A DNA stretch of 33,681 nucleotides from Flavobacteriales bacterium (GTDB lineage: Bacteria > Bacteroidota > Bacteroidia > Flavobacteriales > BACL11): contig DUAL01000030.1 in the NCBI GenBank assembly GCA_012960835.1, positions 11,270-44,950 of the forward strand, written 5' to 3'. This document shows, one piece after another, positions 10,652-19,200 of the stretch (position 1 is its first letter; each line of letters begins with the position of its first letter). The notes under the pieces are model-generated. The model was not told where the DNA came from, ran no database searches, and worked only from the letters and a program-made list of their open reading frames with translations. Both the position numbers and the translations under genes were made by a program.

Positions 10652-11676
10652 CTTTTAATTATCGCTTTGTTTATTCTTTTAATAAGTGCTGACCCCTCAT
10701 AAATAAAGCCTGTATATACCTGCACCAAAGTAGCTCCTGCATCTAGTTTTTCTAGCGCATCTTCAGCAGAGTGGATACCACCTACCCCAATAATTGGGAA
10801 TGCTTTATTCGATTTATCCGCTAAGTACTTAATCACTTCAGTTGACCTAGCTTTAAGCGGCTTACCACTCAAGCCCCCATTACCAATGGCCTCCACCTTA
10901 GTTTTATTCGTTTTAAGTCCTTTTCTACCAATGGTTGTATTAGTTGCCACTACGCCATCAATTTTAGTGTCAGCCACAATTGCTATGATATCATCCAATT
11001 GCTCATTGGTTAAATCTGGGGCAATCTTTAATAAAATTGGTTTTCTTTTTTCTTTCTGATTATTAATTTTTTGCAAACTATTGAGTAATGCTGTTAATGG
11101 CTCTTTCTCCTGTAAATCCCTTAATCCTGGTGTGTTTGGAGAACTTACATTCACTGCAAAATAATCAACATAAGGAAACAATTTCTCAAAACAGATCTCA
11201 TAATCGGCTACTACGTTTTCGTTTGGCGTAACTTTATTTTTTCCAATATTTCCTCCAATAATAATGTTGGACTTTTTTCTTCTTAATCTAGCAACTACAG
11301 CCTCAATCCCTTCATTATTAAAACCCATTCGGTTGATAAGTGCATTGTCTTCTTTTAAGCGGAATAGCCTAGGCTTAGGATTACCCTCTTGAGGTAAAGG
11401 GGTTACGGTTCCTATCTCTACAAATCCAAAACCAAAGGATGCTAATTCATCAAACAGTTTTGCATCTTTATCAAAACCTGCTGCCAAACCAACTGGGTTT
11501 TCAAATTTTATTCCGAAAACTTCTCTAACTAATTTAGGATGGCTAACTTTAAACAGCAAGCGCCATGTCCACATTTTAAGCGGGACTATTGCCCCAATTT
11601 TTATGGCTTTGAAGGAGATATGATGTATAAATTCAGGATTGAAAAGAAATAAAATCGGACGGAATAATTTATACAT
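10648..11676 (-). CDS. pyrD: Quinone-dependent dihydroorotate dehydrogenase
   Basis: [41 protein letters not shown] motifs; TATTTTTG box at 11698-11691. Confidence 0.97.
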   Translation of the reverse strand: MYKLFRPILFLFNPEFIHHISFKAIKIGAIVPLKMWTWRLLFKVSHPKLVREVFGIKFENPVGLAAGFDKDAKLFDELASFGFGFVEIGTVTPLPQEGNPKPRLFRLKEDNALINRMGFNNEGIEAVVARLRRKKSNIIIGGNIGKNKVTPNENVVADYEICFEKLFPYVDYFAVNVSSPNTPGLRDLQEKEPLTALLNSLQKINNQKEKRKPILLKIAPDLTNEQLDDIIAIVADTKIDGVVATNTTIGRKGLKTNKTKVEAIGNGGLSGKPLKARSTEVIKYLADKSNKAFPIIGVGGIHSAEDALEKLDAGATLVQVYTGFIYEGSALIKRINKAIIKR

Positions 11677-11714
11677 GAAAGATTTTTAAGCAAAAATACA
11701 AGATTGATTAAAAT

Positions 11715-12014
11715 TTACGCCTTTAACTCCTCAAAAGATTTATCATCATAAAAAACAACTACTTTTCCTATGGATTTAAAGAATTTTACTTCCTGTTGCT
11801 TTTGATTTTCTTGCATATAACCAATACCCGTAATGAGCCAATTGGCATTTAAGTCAGGATAACTATGCAATAGTTTCTGTAAAAAATCAATACTCGGCTT
11901 GTTTCTGCCGGAAAGTATGTGCGAAATAGTAGCACGGTTAACCCCAATATTATCAGCCAATGCTGAGGACTTTAAGCTCTCTGATTCCATCCAATTTTTA
12001 AGTCTATTATTCAT
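11715..12014 (-). CDS. XRE-family helix-turn-helix transcriptional regulator
   Basis: LADNIGVNRATISHILSGRNKPS...NANWLITG, with a C-terminal KVVVFYDDKSFEE motif. Confidence 0.9.
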   Translation of the reverse strand: MNNRLKNWMESESLKSSALADNIGVNRATISHILSGRNKPSIDFLQKLLHSYPDLNANWLITGIGYMQENQKQQEVKFFKSIGKVVVFYDDKSFEELKA

Positions 12015-12024
12015 TTATTTTATT

Positions 12025-12058
12025 ATTTACAAATGTTAATAGCAAAACTACAAATATA
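12025..12058 (-). promoter_or_regulatory. Candidate promoter(s) and operator of the XRE gene
   Basis: TAGTTTTG (12050-12043) and TATATTTG (12058-12051) on the - strand; near-palindrome ATTTACA-AA-TGTTAAT at 12025-12040 between promoter and ATG. Confidence 0.55.
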
Positions 12059-12215
12059 TTTTAATTTACCAAATTATTTTAACTTAATCATGGTTAATTA
12101 CTATACCTAGTACTTGATATAAAAAATATAACTGATTGATTTTTAAATATTTTTATTATATTTAATTAATTCAATGCAATAATATGAATTTATAGCTGAT
12201 TTTAGTACTATTTTG

Positions 12216-12229
12216 TTTACAAATGTAAA
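12216..12229. promoter_or_regulatory. Palindrome TTTACA-AA-TGTAAA (candidate XRE operator)
   Basis: Perfect 6-2-6 inverted repeat, differing by one base from the copy at 12026-12039. Confidence 0.5.
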
Positions 12230-12287
12230 TTATTTTAGAAAATACCCTGTAGATTTGTATGTTAATTGTAGTAAATTGAAAATATTT

Positions 12288-13013
12288 CTACCCTACTCTC
12301 CAACTAAATCCAACTGACACGTAATTCATTTTATGATTCAATCCTAAACCAAATGAATAATCAAGTTGGAAATGATTATTCAAAAGATAGGTTAGACCTG
12401 TATTAATTGAAGATGTTTGATTACCCAAACCTATAAATTCACCAAAAGGTTCAATATAAATACTAACTGATTCACTTACTATACTACCAAGCACTATAGA
12501 ATAAGTATAAATTTCATTATCTTTAGATAAATAATTATACCCTATATTGCAAGCAATTCCTATCTCATCGTTTAAATCTTTAGAGATACAAAATTTATTA
12601 ATCATTTGCACTTCCTTATTGCTTAGCTCATTGCTTCCAGTTGGTAAAGTAAGATGAGACAAAATTGCACAATTAACAGAATTATTATGAAATAATTCTA
12701 CTTTTACCCCTAATTCTAAATCACTAACCAAAAACTTACCAATCTTACCTTGATAAAACTTAATCTGATTAAGAAGCCTTAATTCAACACCTTTATAAAT
12801 TCCATACCTAAAAAGGTTTGATGGTAATGATATGTTTCTATTTGTTTTATCTTCACCAATATATTCTATTAACAAACCGCTTTCAATCTGCAACTGACCA
12901 ACCTCTACTGAAAACGAACTCTCTGTTTGGTCTGGTCTATCGGTAATGATTGATTGAGAAAATATTAAAGAATTAACTGTTATTAATACAATAAATATTA
13001 AACTTAGCTTCAT
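12288..13013 (-). CDS. Outer-membrane beta-barrel 'transporter' (Phenol_MetA_deg/SphA-like family)
   Basis: Signal peptide, N-terminal TDRPDQTES motif, alternating beta-strands, LPTG, C-terminal VSVGFSWR. The probable start is ATG 13013. Confidence 0.78.
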   Translation of the reverse strand: MKLSLIFIVLITVNSLIFSQSIITDRPDQTESSFSVEVGQLQIESGLLIEYIGEDKTNRNISLPSNLFRYGIYKGVELRLLNQIKFYQGKIGKFLVSDLELGVKVELFHNNSVNCAILSHLTLPTGSNELSNKEVQMINKFCISKDLNDEIGIACNIGYNYLSKDNEIYTYSIVLGSIVSESVSIYIEPFGEFIGLGNQTSSINTGLTYLLNNHFQLDYSFGLGLNHKMNYVSVGFSWRVG

Positions 13014-13042
13014 AATAGTAATTTTAATGCAAAAATACAAAT

Positions 13043-13060
13043 ATTTAGACGTATCTAAAT
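13043..13060. promoter_or_regulatory. DtxR/MntR-like operator palindrome
   Basis: Perfect ATTTAGA-CGTA-TCTAAAT between divergent -7 boxes TATTTTTG (-, 13037-13030) and TATGTTTG (+, 13085-13092). Confidence 0.72.
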
Positions 13061-13096
13061 TTTTATTTATACTAATTTAATTCTTATGTTTGCAGC

Positions 13097-13753
13097 ATGA
13101 TTACCTTAACAGAAGAAAATTATTTAAAAGCCATTTTAGCCATCAGTTTGAATACTGATGGAAAAGTTTCTACGAATGCAATAGCAAATGAAATTGGCAC
13201 TTCTGCTGCCTCTGTTTCGGATATGTTAAAAAAGTTACAGGACAAGAAACTCATTAAATATGAAAAATACAAAGGAGTAATTTTAAGTAAAAAAGGGGAA
13301 AGTAAGGCCACAAATATCCTCAGGAAACACAGACTATGGGAAACTTTTTTAGTGAATAAATTAGCATTTGGCTGGGGAGAAGTACATGATGTAGCCGAGC
13401 AATTGGAACATATAAAATCAGAAGAATTAGTTGACAGATTGGATGCTTTTTTAAATCATCCTAAATTTGATCCTCATGGAGAGCCTATCCCAACAAAAAA
13501 TGGAAAGATTCCCAAAAGCAACACCATTCCATTAAATGAATTGACCAATGGAACCAATGGGAAAGTGATGGGCGTTACCTTAGATGAAAAAACATTTCTG
13601 GATTATCTGACCAAACTCAATATCAGTATAGGAACAGAAATTGAACTTTTAGAAACCATCCGTTTTGATCAATCCTTAAGTATAAAAGTAGCAAAACAAA
13701 CCCAGCACATCAGCAGTGATGTAGCCAAACACCTTTTAATTAAAATAATCTAA
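13097..13753 (+). CDS. mntR: DtxR/MntR-family metal-dependent regulator with C-terminal FeoA-like domain
   Basis: EENYLKAI, SVSDMLKKL, RKHRLWETFL, AEQLEH, DPHGEPIP motifs. Confidence 0.93.
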   Translation: MITLTEENYLKAILAISLNTDGKVSTNAIANEIGTSAASVSDMLKKLQDKKLIKYEKYKGVILSKKGESKATNILRKHRLWETFLVNKLAFGWGEVHDVAEQLEHIKSEELVDRLDAFLNHPKFDPHGEPIPTKNGKIPKSNTIPLNELTNGTNGKVMGVTLDEKTFLDYLTKLNISIGTEIELLETIRFDQSLSIKVAKQTQHISSDVAKHLLIKII

Positions 13754-13757
13754 ACAA

Positions 13758-14624
13758 ATGGAGAATTACGAATTATACAAATGGTTTATTCAGCAAAGCC
13801 CAATCATGCAGGCGCTTTATGCAGGGCTTTTCACTTGGGGATTAACCGCAATTGGTGCCGCATTGGTTTTCTTATTCAAAACAAGTAACCGTAAAGCATT
13901 AGATATTTCACTAGGATTTACAGGTGGAGTAATGATAGCTGCTAGTTTCTGGTCATTACTTGCCCCTTCCATTGCTTATGTAGAAATGCAAAATGAAATG
14001 GGACTTTCTGATTCCCCATCATGGTTTGCCCCAGCAGTAGGCTTCTTTTTAGGGGCTGTTTTTTTGTTTGGATTAGATAAAATAATACCTCACTTACACA
14101 TTTTCGCTAAAAGAGAAGAAGCTGAAGGAGTAGAAACTAATTGGAGAAAGACCATACTTTTAGTATTAGCAATTGCACTACACAACATCCCGGAAGGATT
14201 GGCAGTTGGAGTTGCATTTGGCGCACTTGCCAACCCTGAACTTTTAGGGATGGAAGGTCATTCTGTTTTCACCATTGGATCGGCAATTGCACTAGCAATA
14301 GGAATTGGAATACAAAATTTTCCAGAAGGATTTGCGGTATCTATGCCTCTTAGAAGGCAAGGTCTTAGCAGATGGAAATCATGGAAATGGGGACAACTTT
14401 CTGCCATTGTAGAACCTGTTTTTGCAGTAATTGGTGCAGCCATAGTAATGCAAGTATTGCCTATTTTACCGTATGCCCTAGCCTTTGCTGCTGGTGCTAT
14501 GATTTTTATTGTGGTGGAGGAAGTAATTCCTGAAAGCCAAAGAGGTGGTCATACTGATCTTGCCACTATGGGACTTATACTAGGGTTTATTGTAATGATG
14601 GTACTGGATGTCGCACTTGGATAG
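13758..14624 (+). CDS. ZIP family (GufA/ZupT-like) divalent metal transporter
   Basis: GVMIAASFWSLL, PHLH, LHNIPEG, IQNFPEG, AAGAMI, EVIPE motifs. Confidence 0.94.
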   Translation: MENYELYKWFIQQSPIMQALYAGLFTWGLTAIGAALVFLFKTSNRKALDISLGFTGGVMIAASFWSLLAPSIAYVEMQNEMGLSDSPSWFAPAVGFFLGAVFLFGLDKIIPHLHIFAKREEAEGVETNWRKTILLVLAIALHNIPEGLAVGVAFGALANPELLGMEGHSVFTIGSAIALAIGIGIQNFPEGFAVSMPLRRQGLSRWKSWKWGQLSAIVEPVFAVIGAAIVMQVLPILPYALAFAAGAMIFIVVEEVIPESQRGGHTDLATMGLILGFIVMMVLDVALG

Positions 14625-14630
14625 ATTCTT

Positions 14631-14701
14631 AATTTGCTGATTTGATAATATGCTAATTAATAAATTATCATCAAATTAATATTTCAGCACATCAGTACAT
14701 T
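14631..14701. repeat. Degenerate 8-bp-period repeats arranged as an imperfect inverted repeat
   Basis: AATTTGCT GATTTGAT AATATGCT on the left arm; ATCAAATT, AGCACATC, AGTACATT (reverse complements of similar octamers) on the right arm. Confidence 0.5.
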
Positions 14702-14718
14702 TTTTCTATCTTTGCAAT

Positions 14719-15174
14719 ATGTCATCCAAGGTAAATATCAAAAACCGTAAAGCATCATTCGAATATCAATTTATTGATAAATATGTAGCTGGAATAATGC
14801 TGCTTGGTACTGAAATAAAGTCAATTCGGAACAACCAAGCCAATATTTCGGATGCTCATTGCGTTTTTATTGAGGACGAACTATTTGTAAGAAATTTGCA
14901 CATAGCGGAATATAGCAATGGAGGGCACAACAATCATGAGCCTAAAAGAGAGAGAAAACTACTGTTGAATCGGCAGGAGCTTGGTAAAATGATAGGCAAG
15001 GTAAAAGAAAAAGGAATGTCCGTTATCCCTATTCGTTTGTTCATCAATGATAAAGGAAAGGCAAAATTGGAAATTGCACTCGCTAAGGGTAAAAAGATTT
15101 ATGACAAAAGAGAAAGCATAAAAGAGAAAGACCAAAAACGCGACATTGCAAGGGAACAATCTACTAGAAAATAA
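14719..15174 (+). CDS. smpB: SsrA-binding protein
   Basis: NRKASFEY, GTEIKSIR, RERKLLL, KGKKIYDKRE motifs; TATCTTTG box at 14707-14714. Confidence 0.97.
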   Translation: MSSKVNIKNRKASFEYQFIDKYVAGIMLLGTEIKSIRNNQANISDAHCVFIEDELFVRNLHIAEYSNGGHNNHEPKRERKLLLNRQELGKMIGKVKEKGMSVIPIRLFINDKGKAKLEIALAKGKKIYDKRESIKEKDQKRDIAREQSTRK

Positions 15175-15177
15175 AAG

Positions 15178-15251
15178 TGACTCTGGAGGGAGTCGAACCC
15201 CCAACCTCCTGATCCGTAGTCAGGTGCTCTATCCAATTAAGCTACAGAGCC
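15178..15251 (-). tRNA. tRNA-Arg (ACG), CCA not encoded
   Basis: GGCTCTG/CAGAGTC acceptor stem, anticodon arm CCTGA-CTACGGA-TCAGG, GGTTCGACTCC T-arm; TATCTTTG box at 15273-15266. Confidence 0.96.
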
Positions 15252-15300
15252 ATCTTTTGAGGGCGCAAAGATAATTAACTAAAAATAGTAGATAAAATTT

Positions 15301-15570
15301 TTATACGATTTCTACATCCAAATCATATTGATTTAGATCGTTTTTAAAAGAAAGCAAGTCCTTAAATTTTCCAGTTTTAATAATACAAGAACCATTATAA
15401 TGGGTGATAGTTGCGCATTGTTCTGCCTGAATTGGATCATGCTCACAAATAGCTACAAGGCAATCGATAACATGATCAAAACTATTAAAATCATCATTAA
15501 TTAAAACCAACTTTTTCTGGTCAACTAATTGCTTTTTTCCTTTGGGTGAGAGATGGGGATTATATTTCAT
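15301..15570 (-). CDS. clpS: ATP-dependent Clp protease adaptor ClpS (Bacteroidota type)
   Basis: LVLINDDFNSFDHVIDCL, QAEQCA, HYNG motifs. Confidence 0.87.
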   Translation of the reverse strand: MKYNPHLSPKGKKQLVDQKKLVLINDDFNSFDHVIDCLVAICEHDPIQAEQCATITHYNGSCIIKTGKFKDLLSFKNDLNQYDLDVEIV

Positions 15571-15573
15571 AAT

Positions 15574-16212
15574 TTATTTTTTACCGAATTTAGCTTTATT
15601 TTCTTCTCGTCTTATTAGCCTTTCAATATTTTTTTGGTGAGTTATTAACGAGAGAATGGGGACAAATATGGAAAATATGATTAAAGAAGAGTTAGTATTA
15701 TTCATTCCTAATATAACAATTACGATAAAAGGAAATGCCAATGATGCAATAATTGAACTTAAAGAAACATACTTACTTATAAGAAAAGCAATAACAAAAA
15801 CTAGGGCAGAAAGTAAAGCCGCCTGCCAGTAAATTCCTAACATAAAGCCAAGCATAGTAGCGATACCTTTTCCACCCCTGAAACCCGTATAAATAGGGAA
15901 CAGATGCCCTATTACAGCTGCAATACCAAAAACTAATTTTAGCTCAAAAAACTTTTCATCTGACAAGAGCTGATTATCAGTAACAAAATAAACAAGATTT
16001 ACAGCTAACCATCCCTTTAAAATATCCATTAGCAAAACAGGAACACCTGCTTTTGCCCCTAAAGTTCTGAAAGTATTAGTAGCGCCAGCATTACCACTTC
16101 CGTATTCTCTTACATCCGTATTGTAAAAAGTTCGCCCCAGCCAAACAGCTGATGGAAATGCTCCAATTAGATACGCAAAAGTTAAAAATAATATGTTTTC
16201 AGTAGTTAGCAT
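15574..16212 (-). CDS. plsY: Glycerol-3-phosphate acyltransferase PlsY
   Basis: GSGNAGATN, DILKG, GHLFP, FRGGKGIAT, HQKNIERL motifs. Confidence 0.96.
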   Translation of the reverse strand: MLTTENILFLTFAYLIGAFPSAVWLGRTFYNTDVREYGSGNAGATNTFRTLGAKAGVPVLLMDILKGWLAVNLVYFVTDNQLLSDEKFFELKLVFGIAAVIGHLFPIYTGFRGGKGIATMLGFMLGIYWQAALLSALVFVIAFLISKYVSLSSIIASLAFPFIVIVILGMNNTNSSLIIFSIFVPILSLITHQKNIERLIRREENKAKFGKK

Positions 16213-16234
16213 TTAAAGTTCGGCAATATAGTAA

Positions 16235-19200
16235 TTAATGCTTTTTCTCCATTTCTTTTACAAAACGATCAACTGATTGCTGAGGTGCTATCTGATAACG
16301 AAATGCTGGAATACCTCCTTTATGAGGCGCTTTTCGTTTTCCTTCTTTTATTTCTTGAATGGCTTCATTAAATTCTAAATTGGATGATCGTGCTCGCATC
16401 ACTCCAGATTTATAATTAAAGTAATAGCTTTCGTAAGATTCTGTTACTAAATAGATAGTAAGAATATCATTATTTCTGCCTTTTTTAATTTTGATGTAAC
16501 TATCCTTTAGAAAGCTATTTAATTGATAGTCAACCATACTTCCTAATCCAATACTTCCAATAGAATAATACGCTTTTTCCTTTCCGTCCCATCTCAGCTC
16601 TAAGTCGGTAAAGCTCATGGTATGATTTAGGGCATCAGGGAATTCAACAAATTCTGCTCTAGTTTCCAACTCCAAGAGCAACATCTCTGCCTCTTCCTTT
16701 CCAACAATTCTTCCTAAAGTTTTTCCGTAAAATTCACTTTCAAATTCATAATTCTCAATTCCTGGTGACAGAAATATATCTTCTGCCATCACCTTTAAAG
16801 CTTTCTCAGAAAAGAAAAAATCTAATAGTAAAAACAGACGCATCTGCTCTTTATCCGCTAAAATATTATGTTCTACAAAACCTGCTGTTTCTACCTTAAT
16901 TCTTCCTAAAAAAATACCTAAATCCATAAGTCCATCTCCCTTTGTTTTGCACTGCTTATCGTAAAGGCGAAAAATATTAGAAAGCGTATCGTATCCGCTA
17001 ACTACAAATGCTGATTCATTTTTGTCATAATACAGAAAATAAGAAGCAGAAAGTAAATCAATATCCATACTTCTATTTTTACGATTTAAAAATGTAGAAT
17101 AGACATTGGAGGAATCTGCCCCCATTATTAGCCCAGTGGTTAATCGCTCATCATCATCATTTACAACTACTGAATCCAATTCAAGCGTGATATTATCTGG
17201 GGCAATTTCTGAAGTGAATCGCACCCACTCAATTGGAATAAAAGAGCACTGATGATCCATCTTGAAATAACCATCAAAAGTCAAGTATTTATCATCTGCT
17301 GATAAATTCACTACTCCTTTAAAACTAAATTTAGCACCTAACTTAAATGGCTTCTCCCCTTCAACCGAACCACTTGCAATCGTCATTTTATCGTCATTAA
17401 CACTAATTTTTTGGAACAAAATAGTTTGCTCTTTATTTAGTTCGTCCTTGTAGGTGTAATCGCCAGAACCAGTATAATTGTTTTTACCCTTGATATTGAT
17501 ACTCGCCTTTTTGAAGGTATGGTATTCTGTTAGGTTATTGGTTAAAACTGTCGCATTCTCAAGAATTCGGATAAATGCTTTTTTCTCAACGATAACTTTA
17601 CCAGAATCAGGGAAAATAGTGGCATCTGCCACCTCAATTTTATCCACTCCTCTAGCATGAATCACATAATCTTTTAAGCTATAATTTGCTGTTTTTGCAA
17701 TAAAACTGAGGGAATCCTGTAATGGATGAGAAGATACAAATTCAGTTCCTAAGGAAGATTTGCTTGTTTCGCCCAACTCCAATAGTTGCTCTTTCATATA
17801 CCATTTCAGTTTATCGATATAACAGATGTATTGATTTTCCGGAAGTCGAACATAGGATTCTGATCCATTGGAATAGAACATCCCTATTTTCTCTTCTAAG
17901 TCGATATGAGTTCTTAAATTTTTAGACTCAAATGCAATGCCTTCCAAATCATCCGCATGCACTACTAAATCAGCAGTGTCGGCATTAAAAAATACGGTAT
18001 TATACATAAAGAAATTAGAAGTTACTTCTGCTTTATCTAATTTCATAATTCCATTTCCAGTCAATCCGGTTGGGCGTAATTCTATATCGCCATCCAATGT
18101 TACTTGTCCGTTATAAAAACTAAATTCACTTTGTTTTTTGTAAATATTCATTACATCATAATAGGGCTGATAATGTACATAAGTAGTGGTATTATTTGCT
18201 TCTGGAAATTCAATCCCCTCTCTTACAGCTAATAAGTTAAATTGCTGAGTGTGTAAGTTCGTGGAATCAGGGAAAAACAGAATATTATCAGCAATAGAAA
18301 CTGAGGTAAGATACTCCATTTTTCCACTTCCTTTTATTCCTTTATTACTTAACTGAATCTCATTAAAATATTTTCCTTTCCCACCATAAATTGGAAACCC
18401 ATCTTTAGGAGTGTTTCTTTTAAAGCCGAGTGAATAATCCTTTTGTAAGCGCAAAGTATCATCAAAAACAGGGAATATTCCTGCCGATTTAAAAGTTCCT
18501 GCAAACCTTAATCCTTTTCCTGTAAAGTTTTCTAAACTATCAATCTCAAAGGGAAGCAAATGAAAGGAAACCCTATCCCTGTCATACACCCCATTGTAAA
18601 TACTTTTTCTATCGTAAAAAACATAAGAATCTTCATAGCTTCTAAAAATAGGATAGCCCGGAAAACTATCTTTTCTCAATCCCGATTTATTAGTAGGATG
18701 ATCAATTTGCAAATCGCCAGTAACCGCCTCAATTACCGTCTTAATTTTTGTAAGGATTTCATCTCCATACATATCTCTTCTAATTGGTTCTAGTGGAACA
18801 GAAAGCTGCACAGAATCAATTTTGTTTAAATCTACCCAAAAGCTATCGTAATGAAAATAGAAGTCTTTTCCGAAAAGATTGAACCTACCATTTCCAGCAG
18901 AAATTTGCCCAGAGAAAATAAAATCTCTGTTTTTCTTTATTACTATTCTACCATCTGTTGGATACATATAAACTCTTTGGGAATCGGAAAGCGTAATTTC
19001 AGGAACCCCTAAAATATTCAAATCTTTGGTTTTGATATTCAGGGCAGAATTAATTTGCATTTTCATTGCCCCAGAAGTGCTTTGAACTTGCGATTTGAAA
19101 CTAATCACATCATAATCCCCTTTCCCTGACTTTGCTTTTAAGTAGTTGTGAAGTTTTCCTAGTACTTTTATTCTCTGCTCACCATAGTCATAATACACAA

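Noticed and set aside
14959-15204. 81-aa - strand ORF
   Set aside because: Starts inside the tRNA and runs antisense to smpB.
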